64,000 nucleotides of DNA, taken from assembly GCA_001805105.1 (NCBI GenBank), contig MHEE01000017.1:24131-88130 (forward strand). Reading direction: 5' to 3'. The position numbers and the translations under genes were made by a program. Of this stretch, positions 29,767 to 37,982 are shown one piece after another. This DNA comes from Nitrospirae bacterium GWF2_44_13 (GTDB taxonomy: Bacteria > Nitrospirota > Thermodesulfovibrionia > Thermodesulfovibrionales > UBA1546). The notes under the pieces were generated by a model. The model did no database searches and was not told where the DNA came from. It saw only the letters and a list, made by a program, of their open reading frames with translations. The first letter of the stretch is position 1. Each line of letters opens with the position of its first letter.

Positions 29767-30345
29767 ATGATAAATGATAAGAATAAAGTCGTGATTGCCG
29801 AGCACTATGGCGACTACGTACCACCTTCCCCAGTCAAGGAACTTATTGCAGAGCTTCTTGGCGGCGTTTCCAATCAATATCTTCGTGGCCTGCAAATGGT
29901 CGCTCTTAGTAGTTCAGCAAGTCTTAACCGAAAGAGCCGTCGTCAGAAAACTCTGGTACAACGACGCAAAGTCGCCGTTGCAAGATGTCAAGGTCTTTAT
30001 AATCAGAAATGGAAAGACCAACAAGCAACTATTCAGCTTTTCGTTGATAATATCATCTAGCCACGATCGCGTTGGATATTTAGAATTCCTTTCTTTAAAC
30101 GGATGATTTTTGGCGACGTATTATTTCATGAATTAGGTCACCATATACACCACACAATGTCACCAAAATTCAAAGAACGAGAAGACGTAGCAGAAGAATG
30201 GAGCAAGAAATTATTTAGAGAATATAATAGGAACCGCTATAGCTATCTAAAGACATTTAAGTTCTTGAAACCTTTATTTAGAATGGCTGCGTGTGCCCTG
30301 AAAATAGCATCTAATATTATTGAAAAACGTGAGTCCCGAAGCTAA
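29767..30345 (+). pseudogene. HExxH metallopeptidase-like gene interrupted by one in-frame TAG
   Basis: ORFs 29767-30060 and 30103-30345 are in the same frame and are separated only by the TAG at 30058-30060. The downstream part carries HELGHHIHH. Confidence 0.6.
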
Positions 30346-30390
30346 CAAATCAATCGAGCCGACAGGGGATAAGCTGTCGGTTTGTTCTTA
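30340..30390 (+). mobile_element. attC-like site or intrinsic terminator
   Basis: AGCTAAC-AAATC shares an 11-nt CTAACAAATC string with the 36426 attC, and the stop codon lies inside the R''-like box. The stem CCGACAG-gggataag-CTGTCGG is followed by TTTGTTCTTATTT. Confidence 0.4.
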
Positions 30391-30459
30391 TTTATCTTAT
30401 TTCCCCTGCGGCTCATTGTGGTCGTTATGGTATTATATAAATAAAATAGGAGGATAAAG

Positions 30460-30684
30460 ATGAAGGAAAAATTAACTGCAATCTTTCAAAAATCGCCTTA
30501 CGGCTATATAGGCTTTATCGAAGAACTTCCCGGAGCTAATACGCAGGGCAAAACTCTTGATGAAGTAAGAAAAAATTTAATTGAGGCAGTCCGCCTTGTT
30601 TTGGACGCTAATAGGCAACTCTTTGAGGAAGAACTTTCCGGTGTTGAAATTATAAAGGAAGACTTTGGAGCAGTAACGGCTTGA
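30460..30684 (+). CDS. hicB: HicB-family antitoxin
   Basis: 74 aa, UPF0150/HicB-like (YIGFIEELPGANTQGKTLDEVRKNLIEAV). Preceded by AGGAGG, with a 4-nt overlap with hicA. Confidence 0.8.
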   Translation: MKEKLTAIFQKSPYGYIGFIEELPGANTQGKTLDEVRKNLIEAVRLVLDANRQLFEEELSGVEIIKEDFGAVTA

Positions 30685-30866
30685 AAAGAAAAGATGTAAT
30701 CCGGCATCTTGAATCAAACGGATGTGACTTTCTACGAGAAGGCGCAAATCATACAGTATATGTAAACCGGAAGAAAAAGAAGGCAAGCACCATTCCCCGT
30801 CATAGAGAGATTGATGAGTATCTTGTCACAAAAATATGTAAAGACCTTGAAATACCGAAACCATAA
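30681..30866 (+). CDS. hicA: HicA-family mRNA interferase toxin
   Basis: 61 aa. KRKDVIRHLESNGCDFLREGANHTVY...IPRHREI matches the HicA/YcfA pattern. Confidence 0.8.
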   Translation: MKRKDVIRHLESNGCDFLREGANHTVYVNRKKKKASTIPRHREIDEYLVTKICKDLEIPKP

Positions 30867-30893
30867 CGCTTTCGTAATATACATCTTTATCCC

Positions 30894-31328
30894 TTAACGC
30901 GCTCTGCACTTTTCGCAATACCCTTTCATTTCAAAGGTATGGCTGACACATCTGAAATTCTCTTTTTTGCAGAGTTGCTCCTGCAGCTTCGAAAGCTTCT
31001 CTGAAAAAAGCTGTATTACCTTCCCACATTTCAGACATATAAGATGGTCGTGATGTTTGTGGCCAAAGATATGCTCGTAATGAGCATGTTTATCAACCCT
31101 TTCTACCTGTTCTACAAGCCCGCATTCAAGAAGAAGCTGAAGCGTTCTGTAAATGGAAGCCCTTGATGCCTTCATCCCCTTGGCTCTGATTTTAAAGAAA
31201 AGGTCTTCGGGGTCAAAATGGCCGTGCTTGGAAAATACCTCGCTTAGAATAGCTGCACGCTCTTTTGTGAGTTTACACCCTTTCTTCTCAAGAAATTCTC
31301 TGAAAATCTTTTCTTCCATCTGTTTCAT
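30894..31328 (-). CDS. fur: Fur-family transcriptional regulator
   Basis: 144 aa with a winged-helix N-domain, a HHDH motif and CxxC pairs (CLKCGKV, CEKC). It lies immediately downstream of feoB. Confidence 0.9.
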   Translation of the reverse strand: MKQMEEKIFREFLEKKGCKLTKERAAILSEVFSKHGHFDPEDLFFKIRAKGMKASRASIYRTLQLLLECGLVEQVERVDKHAHYEHIFGHKHHDHLICLKCGKVIQLFSEKLSKLQEQLCKKENFRCVSHTFEMKGYCEKCRAR

Positions 31329-31331
31329 TGC

Positions 31332-33275
31332 TTAGAACGTTACGTTAAATGCCCTTAATAGCCAGTTGAGCACGCCTCCGCCAAGAAAGGCGAATGGGAA
31401 AACAACCGCAACAATCCCGAGTGCCGTCCTCATCCCGCGTTCCTTAACAATCATAAAGAAATTAGCAAGGCATGGAATAAAGAGAGTGATGGTAACAAGG
31501 CTTACAACAGACTGAACAGGCGTCAGCATTCCCTTTTCCGCCATTGCAAACAGGCCTGCTGCGCCATAATCCCTTCTCAGAAAACCAAGGATAAATGATT
31601 CTGTTGTCTTTTCAGGCAGCCCCAAAAGATTTACGACTACAGGAGAAGCTATGGTCTCAAGCACACCGAGCAGATTAAGCTTGTGAAGAACAAACAGTAT
31701 TAACGTCCCGAGTATAAAAAGCGGAACTGCTTCCTTCAGATACCATTCAATTCTTCCTGCTGTCTTTACAAGGATATTTATAATATTAGGCCTTCTTATC
31801 GGAGGTATTTCAAGGAAGAATTCTGTCTTTTCTCCTTTTATAACCTTTGATGCAAGGTATCCTGAAAAGAGAAGGGTCAATAAAATAGTCCCTGCCCAGA
31901 CAAGTGTTGCCTTAAAAGATAAAGCGCCGAGCATTCCAAGTATCACTCCAAGCTGCGCAGAGCAGGGAACGGCAAGCGCAAGGAGAAATGTTATTATCAG
32001 CCGCTCTTTTTTTGTCTCGAGTATTCTTGATGTCATAACTGCCATCGTGCCACAGCCAAGCCCTAAAACCATCGGCAGCACAGCCTTGCCGTTAAGTCCC
32101 ATCAGATTGAATATCCGGTTGCTCATTATTGCAAGCCTCGGCAAATACCCGCTGTCCTCAAGGATTGCAAAGGCAATAAAAAAAGTCGCCGTAATAGGCA
32201 GGATTATGGCTATGGCATAGGTAAGGGCAACAGTAATCAGCCCGTATTCTCCTACAAGTAATTCCTGTATAAAATCTGATGGAGCTATTGTCTGAACAAC
32301 CTTTATCGCCATCGGGTTAAGGTATTTGCCGAATATTGTGTTCTCAAAAAAATCAACGAGAGTCCCCGCGCCCAAAACACCTACAAACTGGTATAGCCCG
32401 TAAAGCACAATCAGCAAAAGAGGGATGCCCCATAAGGGATGCATGCTTATTCTGCCGATGAAAGATAACAGCTTCCCGCCTTCCGCCGGGATTTTTTTTA
32501 GGACTTTGTCCGCTATCTCCCCTGCCGCATCAAGGCGCTGCTTGTTTATCAAAAGACTCAAAGGCTCTTTTACCTTTGACTGGCATTCATCTCTAAGGGC
32601 TTCTATCTCTTTTATGACTTCTGCTTTAAGATTTGCAATCAGCCATTTTTTAAGGCTCTCATCGCCTGATAGTATCATTATGGATAACGCTCTTTTTGAG
32701 ATGCTGATTTGAGGCAGCAGTGACGATATCTTTTCAATGTATTCTTCTATTACATCTTCGTATCTGACCTTAATACAAGGTTTAACGGCGTGCGGGATAG
32801 CGGATTTAATCTCCTTCAAGCCTTTTCTCTGCGGCGCTATAGCGCTTATCACCTCAGCGCCTATCAGCGTTTTAAGGTGATTAATATCTACAACTATCCC
32901 CCTGTCCCTTGCCTCATCCTCCATATTAAGGACGAGAATTGCCGACAGTTCCATTTCCGCTATCTGCAGGGTTATAAGCAGGGACCTTTTTAAATTCTTT
33001 GTGTCGGCAACCTGCACTACAGCTAACGGCTCCTCCTGCAAAAAAATATCCCGCGTAACTTTTTCATCCTCGCTCATCGGAACCATGCTGTTTACTCCAG
33101 GAGTATCGACAACAAGATACCTTTTATTGTCAATTGTCATGTCTCCGTAGGAAACTTCCACAGTTGTGCCCGGATAATTTGATACAGTCACATATTTGTT
33201 TGTCAGGAGCCCGAATATCACGCTCTTGCCGACATTCGGGTTCCCTACAAGGACAATTTTATTGCCTGCGCGCAT
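31332..33275 (-). CDS. feoB: Ferrous iron transporter FeoB
   Basis: 647 aa with an N-terminal G domain (GNPNVGKS, DTPG) and a polytopic membrane domain. No feoA ORF is visible upstream. Confidence 0.95.
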   Translation of the reverse strand: MRAGNKIVLVGNPNVGKSVIFGLLTNKYVTVSNYPGTTVEVSYGDMTIDNKRYLVVDTPGVNSMVPMSEDEKVTRDIFLQEEPLAVVQVADTKNLKRSLLITLQIAEMELSAILVLNMEDEARDRGIVVDINHLKTLIGAEVISAIAPQRKGLKEIKSAIPHAVKPCIKVRYEDVIEEYIEKISSLLPQISISKRALSIMILSGDESLKKWLIANLKAEVIKEIEALRDECQSKVKEPLSLLINKQRLDAAGEIADKVLKKIPAEGGKLLSFIGRISMHPLWGIPLLLIVLYGLYQFVGVLGAGTLVDFFENTIFGKYLNPMAIKVVQTIAPSDFIQELLVGEYGLITVALTYAIAIILPITATFFIAFAILEDSGYLPRLAIMSNRIFNLMGLNGKAVLPMVLGLGCGTMAVMTSRILETKKERLIITFLLALAVPCSAQLGVILGMLGALSFKATLVWAGTILLTLLFSGYLASKVIKGEKTEFFLEIPPIRRPNIINILVKTAGRIEWYLKEAVPLFILGTLILFVLHKLNLLGVLETIASPVVVNLLGLPEKTTESFILGFLRRDYGAAGLFAMAEKGMLTPVQSVVSLVTITLFIPCLANFFMIVKERGMRTALGIVAVVFPFAFLGGGVLNWLLRAFNVTF

Positions 33276-33293
33276 AATCCCTCAGCTTTCTTT

Positions 33294-33322
33294 TTTATAT
33301 TGAGATTGATTCTCAATTACAA
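33294..33322 (-). promoter_or_regulatory. feoB promoter with an embedded palindromic (Fur-box-like) operator
   Basis: On the minus strand: TTGTAA-17 nt-TATAAA. The spacer contains the inverted repeat ATTGAGA-n5-TCTCAAT (33299-33317). Confidence 0.45.
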
Positions 33323-33578
33323 TTGTACTTCAGCCGGACGTGTTTTGTCAAAAAACTTTCATTGTAGATGCGCTGGAAGGATAGGTTCTGACTGAAACAG
33401 ACATGATTGGCTTGAGTGGTATCAGAGATTTTTCGTTGACGTTCTTGGTGAATGGAGCGCTAACAGCCGCAACTGTCTGAACCCCGAAAGCTTTCGGGGT
33501 GAGTTTTGCGGATGTAGCGGAAAGAGCCTTAGAACGACAGAAAAATATCTGCAAAAAGCGACGGCCAATCCTGTCTGT

Positions 33579-33606
33579 TTGTATATCACTTTTCTTGTGC
33601 TATAAT
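33579..33606 (+). promoter_or_regulatory. Putative extended -10 promoter for the response-regulator gene
   Basis: TTGTAT-16 nt-TATAAT, with TGC immediately upstream of the -10 hexamer, about 45 nt before the TTG start. Confidence 0.45.
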
Positions 33607-33653
33607 AACAACATCTTTTATTCCCAATATTTGCTTACAGCAAGGAGGGATAT

Positions 33654-34331
33654 TTGAAGAAAATACTCATAGCTGACTCCCTAAAGCATCTTGTGTCAGG
33701 GGAAAATATCTTAAGCAGAGCCAACACCCTGATACTTACAGCATCCTCCTCTCAGGAAATTCTCTCTATACACAAAAGCGAAAAGGCAGATTTAATAGTA
33801 ATTGACCTTGATATGCCCGGCATGTCCGGCGACGAACTATGCTCCCTGCTGCGCAAAGAGCCTGACCATGTAAAGGTTCTTATAGCAACAGAGCCTAAAG
33901 AAACGGATATTAAGCGAGCCGAGCAATGCGGCGCCGATACCTACATCACAAAGCCGATTAATTCTGCTTTATTATTCAGTAAAATTGCCTCCCTTCTTGA
34001 TGTCCAGACCAGAAAGGCTTACAGGATGCCGGTGAAAGCAACAGTTGCGGGAGAAATGGGGAACATTAAGCTTACTGCCAGCGCTATTAATGTAAGCTCT
34101 ACCGGCATACTTATTGAGTCTGAGCAGCCTCTTAATGTGAGTGATGTCATCAACTGCTCATTTCTTCTGCCGGGAACCCTTGCCATCTCTGTTAAGGGGG
34201 AGGTCGTCCGCATACTTAAAAAACCTGCCGGGAATATTCATCAATACGGAATAAGGTTTACATCAATAAGCGCTTCTGCGCAGCGGATTATAGAGGACTT
34301 TGTAAAGAGCAGAACCGAGTCTGCAGAATAG
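33654..34331 (+). CDS. Response regulator receiver domain fused to a PilZ domain
   Basis: TTG start after AAGGAGGG. REC domain (DLIVIDLDMPGMSG...TKP), and a C-terminal part with PilZ-like RxxxR and D/NxSxxG (NVSSTGILIES) motifs. Confidence 0.75.
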   Translation: MKKILIADSLKHLVSGENILSRANTLILTASSSQEILSIHKSEKADLIVIDLDMPGMSGDELCSLLRKEPDHVKVLIATEPKETDIKRAEQCGADTYITKPINSALLFSKIASLLDVQTRKAYRMPVKATVAGEMGNIKLTASAINVSSTGILIESEQPLNVSDVINCSFLLPGTLAISVKGEVVRILKKPAGNIHQYGIRFTSISASAQRIIEDFVKSRTESAE

Positions 34332-34353
34332 AATTGTTCCACGTGAAACAATT
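34331..34353. repeat. Palindrome ATTGTTCCACGTGAAACAATT (left copy)
   Basis: Near-identical to 37143-37165 (one mismatch). Together they bracket the GmrSD-like and toxin-antitoxin genes. Confidence 0.85.
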
Positions 34354-34445
34354 TTGTGCTATATTGTTTCAGATTATCGGAAAAAGCGAAGGCTCGGGGA
34401 TTATATGTTAAACCTTGAAATGAATAAAATTGAGGGATCATAAAA

Positions 34446-36416
34446 ATGCAGGCAAAAGAAACTAAACTGCAAGACATAATTGAAGGGACAAAACAGTATG
34501 TCATCCCTCTTTTTCAGCGTACTTATAGCTGGACAAACAAAGAATGGGACGTTTTATGGAAAGACCTAATGGAACTATCCGAAACAGAAAACCCACGTTC
34601 TCATTTCATTGGTTCAATCGTTAATATGCCGACCGTTTCAGTGCCCGAGGGGGTCGCAAAATTTCTTCTGATTGATGGCCAGCAACGTTTGACAACAATC
34701 TTTATTCTGTTGACTCTTTTGCGCAATAAGGCAAGAGAGTCGCAAAATCACGAATTCGCCGAGGAAATCAACAATACCCTTCTTGTCAATCCATACAAGA
34801 AGGACAACGACTTTTTCAAATTAATGCCCACACAGGTTGACAGAGACATATATAAGAACTTTATCAACGGAAAATCAAATGCGACAGACAATCAACTGAC
34901 AAGGGCATACAATTTCTTTGAAAAGAAGCTCAGACAGGTTCCATTAGAACATGAGAAGCTGAAAAAAATCATTACGAGTTATTTCTCGGTTGTCAGTATT
35001 GTGCTCGATACTGACGATAACCCGTATTTAGTTTTTGAAAGTCTGAATGCTAAAGGTCGGCCCTTAACGCAGGCAGACCTCATTAGAAATTATTTCTTTA
35101 TGCGCATTCACATAGACAATCAAGACGAAGTTTACAGCAACTATTGGCAGCCAATGCAAACTGCATTGAATGACAGCCTAACCGAATATATCAGACACTT
35201 CCTCATGAGAGACGGCAGCATCATAAAGCAGAATGACGTTTATTATGCCCTCAAAGAAAAAGTAGCGTCGAACAACGCAATTGATTATCTGAAGGAACTG
35301 CAAAAATATTCAGTTTACTATCAGCGTCTGATCTATCCGGAACTTGAGCCTGAGGAAGATTTGCAAAAGTATTTTCGCAGATTAAACAGAATAGAGGTCA
35401 CCACAGCTTATCCTTTGCTTTTAAACTTTTACGGTAATTATACGGGAAACAAGATAAGCAAGACCGATTTTGTTGCCATCCTAAAAATACTTGAGAATTA
35501 CCTTATTCGCCGGTTCGTTTGCAATGTGCCTACAAATCAGCTGAACAAAATCTTTCCGGCAGTTTATCCGCTATTAATCACAAAGTATCAGGATAGCCAT
35601 ACAGAAGGTATAAAGGAAATCTTACAAGGCAGAGGTTATCCAAAAGACACCGAGTTTTATACAAGGTTCAAGGAAGCAAAGTTTTATGGCGCCGGAGACA
35701 GGCAGATAAAAACTAAACTCATTTTAGAGACTCTCGAAGAAAACTTTGCTCACAAAGAGGCTGTGCCGTTTGACAATTTATCAATAGAACATGTAATGCC
35801 TCAAACATTATCTGAGTGGTGGCAGCATCATATTGGTGAAGATTGGGAAGAGACTCACGAACTCTTCCTGCACACAATTGGAAATCTGACTTTAACTGCC
35901 TACAATACAGAGATGTCAAATGATGATTTTATAGCCAAAAAGAAGGCCTATAACGAAAGTCATTTGGAACTAAACAAATATTTCGCTCCTCTTTCATCTT
36001 GGAGACGAGCCGAAATTGAGAGTAGGGCAGATGCATTAGCAAAACAAGCTCTTGCGATTTGGCGTTATTTCGGTCAAGAAACTTCATCATCATCTGGCCT
36101 AAAGGAAGTTACAGGCACATCTCCGACTGCTCTAAAGATGTTGGGACAGCAGTTTGAAGTTAAAACATGGCGGGATGTTTTAGAGTTAACGCTCAATACA
36201 GTTGCTGATCTCGAACCCGACAAGTTTGAAATTATTGCCCAGAACTTCCCGCGCTATCTCGGTAAAGACAAAAATAAATTTAGAGCTGTGCGACAGCTAC
36301 AAAATGGTTTTTACATTGAGGTCAACTTGTCAGCTCAAAGCATACAAAAGTTTTGCTCTCAAGCGATGGAGACCATTGAACTTACATCTGATGACTGGAG
36401 CGTAATAGTAAACTGA
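34446..36416 (+). CDS. GmrSD-like DUF262/DUF1524 nuclease (type IV restriction family) with an extra C-terminal domain
   Basis: 656 aa with the N-terminal DUF262 motifs QRTYSW and DGQQRLTT, and a DUF1524 His-Me finger region (IEHVMPQ...HTIGNLTL...N). About 130 aa lie beyond the nuclease domain. Confidence 0.8.
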   Translation: MQAKETKLQDIIEGTKQYVIPLFQRTYSWTNKEWDVLWKDLMELSETENPRSHFIGSIVNMPTVSVPEGVAKFLLIDGQQRLTTIFILLTLLRNKARESQNHEFAEEINNTLLVNPYKKDNDFFKLMPTQVDRDIYKNFINGKSNATDNQLTRAYNFFEKKLRQVPLEHEKLKKIITSYFSVVSIVLDTDDNPYLVFESLNAKGRPLTQADLIRNYFFMRIHIDNQDEVYSNYWQPMQTALNDSLTEYIRHFLMRDGSIIKQNDVYYALKEKVASNNAIDYLKELQKYSVYYQRLIYPELEPEEDLQKYFRRLNRIEVTTAYPLLLNFYGNYTGNKISKTDFVAILKILENYLIRRFVCNVPTNQLNKIFPAVYPLLITKYQDSHTEGIKEILQGRGYPKDTEFYTRFKEAKFYGAGDRQIKTKLILETLEENFAHKEAVPFDNLSIEHVMPQTLSEWWQHHIGEDWEETHELFLHTIGNLTLTAYNTEMSNDDFIAKKKAYNESHLELNKYFAPLSSWRRAEIESRADALAKQALAIWRYFGQETSSSSGLKEVTGTSPTALKMLGQQFEVKTWRDVLELTLNTVADLEPDKFEIIAQNFPRYLGKDKNKFRAVRQLQNGFYIEVNLSAQSIQKFCSQAMETIELTSDDWSVIVN

Positions 36417-36425
36417 TAATACAAG

Positions 36426-36491
36426 GTCTAACAAATCGCGCAAGAGGGACGCAGCAAAAGCCCGCGGCGCCCCTTAACTCAAGCGTTAACC
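36426..36491 (+). mobile_element. Integron attC-like recombination site
   Basis: GTCTAAC-AAATC-GCGCAAGAGGGACGC-(loop)-CCGCGGCGCCCCTTAAC-TCAAG-C-GTTAACC, beginning 10 nt after the stop codon. Confidence 0.7.
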
Positions 36492-36666
36492 ATCTATGAT
36501 AAAAAGAATTGTGAAAATTTTAGCGGTAGCGCTTGTTGCTCAACTCTTTGTTAAAATTCATACTATCACCTGCCTAAAATACCGTCTCTTTGTGGTATCA
36601 TAAGCCATAGCTTCTGAAAGAAAAGTTTGTTAAGCTATATTCAAGAAAAAACAGGGAGTTGTAAGG

Positions 36667-36867
36667 ATGAGTAAGATAGAGCAAATTGAAAAAGAAGTTC
36701 AAGGATTACAGCCCGCTGAACTTCAGGCCTTTCGTAAATGGTTCTGGGATTTTGACACAGAGGTATGGGACCACCAGTTTGAGAAAGACGCCCTGACAGG
36801 AAAACTTGACAGACTTGCCGAAGTGGCACTCAGGTCATACAAGTCCGGGCACTGCTCCGAAATTTGA
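36667..36867 (+). CDS. Type II antitoxin (partner of the RelE/ParE-like toxin)
   Basis: 66-aa ORF. Its TGA overlaps the TTG start of the toxin gene (TTGA). Confidence 0.65.
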   Translation: MSKIEQIEKEVQGLQPAELQAFRKWFWDFDTEVWDHQFEKDALTGKLDRLAEVALRSYKSGHCSEI

Positions 36868-37118
36868 AGCATTTTGCCTCGCCAGAGTTTTGGGGACTCT
36901 ATAAGACACTGCCGCAGTCTGTTCAAGACCTTGCTGATAGAAATTTTGCATTATTAAAAAATGACACTCGTCATCCCTCGTTACATCTGAAGAAAGTTGG
37001 CCGTTATTGGTCAGTCCGTATCGGAATTCGTTATCGGGCTGTTGCTGTTGAGGTGGCCGACGGGCTGCTTTGGTTTTGGATCGGCAGCCATGAAGACTAC
37101 AATAACCTGATGGGTTAA
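36864..37118 (+). CDS. RelE/ParE-superfamily toxin
   Basis: 84 aa. The pattern HPSLHLKKVGRYWSVRIGIRYRAV...WFWIGSHEDY is typical of this toxin fold family. Confidence 0.7.
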   Translation: MKHFASPEFWGLYKTLPQSVQDLADRNFALLKNDTRHPSLHLKKVGRYWSVRIGIRYRAVAVEVADGLLWFWIGSHEDYNNLMG

Positions 37119-37142
37119 ACACCCAAACCTGAATTGCGGCCG

Positions 37143-37165
37143 GATTGTTCCACGTGGAACAATTG
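37143..37165. repeat. Palindrome ATTGTTCCACGTGGAACAATT (right copy)
   Basis: The core TTGTTCCACGTGGAACAA is a perfect palindrome. It is a direct repeat of 34331-34353. Confidence 0.85.
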
Positions 37166-37167
37166 CA

Positions 37168-37935
37168 TTAAACATAACCCGTTACAGGGCCGACCTCGTA
37201 TATTTCTTCCGGCAGAGCGCCTTCTTCTTTAGCAACTTTAAGGGGCGGTGTTGAAACCTGATTGGACCTCGCTGCCGAAACAAAAAATCCCTCCTTTGAA
37301 ACAGCGCCTATTTCAACAATAAACGCCTTATCAGGCCCTACGCCTACATAGGTATCTCCCAGCCTTCCATAAACAGGAACGTCAAAAACCAGATTGGCAT
37401 TTTTGCCGTCAAAATAGATTCCTGTAACATCATAGACCCTTAAAACAAGCGTTCCCTTAATCTTTGACAGTGTATTTTCCTTTACTTCCCAGTAGGCAAA
37501 AAGTTTCCATGGATCAACTGTCATTAAGGTAATCCTGTCCTCGCCATATTCGGCAGGCAATCCTTTTTTTGTGGTAACAGCAGGCAGTGAAGGGCTTTTT
37601 TCTACCTTTTGAAGGGTTCTTTGCGGGATTTTCGGTATCTTCTTTGTCGGCAGGGCAATTTTTTTAGGTTCTTTTTTTATTGCCTTTTCTGTTGCTTTCT
37701 TCCTGACCGCTGTTTTTTTCTCTTTCTCTGCTTTTCTGACCGCTGGTTTTTTTGTGACCGTTTTTTTCTGTTCTTTAATCTCTTTCTTTGATTTTATTGG
37801 CTTTTTTGCCTTTGTCTTCCTTTTTGCAACAGCCTTCTTCTCTGTTTTTTTAGCAGGTTTTTTATCCTTTATTTTTTCCATCTTTTTTGCCGGTTTTGCG
37901 GTCTTTTTGCTCATACTCTTAACCCTTATTTTCAT
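37168..37935 (-). CDS. DUF4912-like protein with a lysine-rich, histone H1-like N-terminal half
   Basis: 255 aa. About 110 residues are KKPAKK/KKTA-type repeats. The C-terminal part (RITLMTVDPWKLFAYWEV...LVLRVYDVTG) matches the DUF4912 pattern. Confidence 0.65.
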   Translation of the reverse strand: MKIRVKSMSKKTAKPAKKMEKIKDKKPAKKTEKKAVAKRKTKAKKPIKSKKEIKEQKKTVTKKPAVRKAEKEKKTAVRKKATEKAIKKEPKKIALPTKKIPKIPQRTLQKVEKSPSLPAVTTKKGLPAEYGEDRITLMTVDPWKLFAYWEVKENTLSKIKGTLVLRVYDVTGIYFDGKNANLVFDVPVYGRLGDTYVGVGPDKAFIVEIGAVSKEGFFVSAARSNQVSTPPLKVAKEEGALPEEIYEVGPVTGYV

Positions 37936-37982
37936 ATCCCCCTCCTCTCATAGAATACATTGTAGCAGGTTTGTCAAAAATA

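Noticed and set aside
30058-30060. The in-frame TAG considered as a pyrrolysine codon or other programmed recoding site
   Set aside because: There are no pyl genes or recoding signals in the window. A pseudogene or a sequencing error is the simpler explanation. I keep it only as something to check.
29795-30106. The alternative-frame 103-aa ORF overlapping the HExxH gene
   Set aside because: It is an out-of-frame shadow ORF. The frame carrying HELGHH, with continuity across the single TAG, is the coherent one.
33348-33554. The 68-aa minus-strand ORF between feoB and the response regulator gene
   Set aside because: It has no RBS, its composition is low-complexity, and it overlaps the REP-like repeat. 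It is most likely non-coding.
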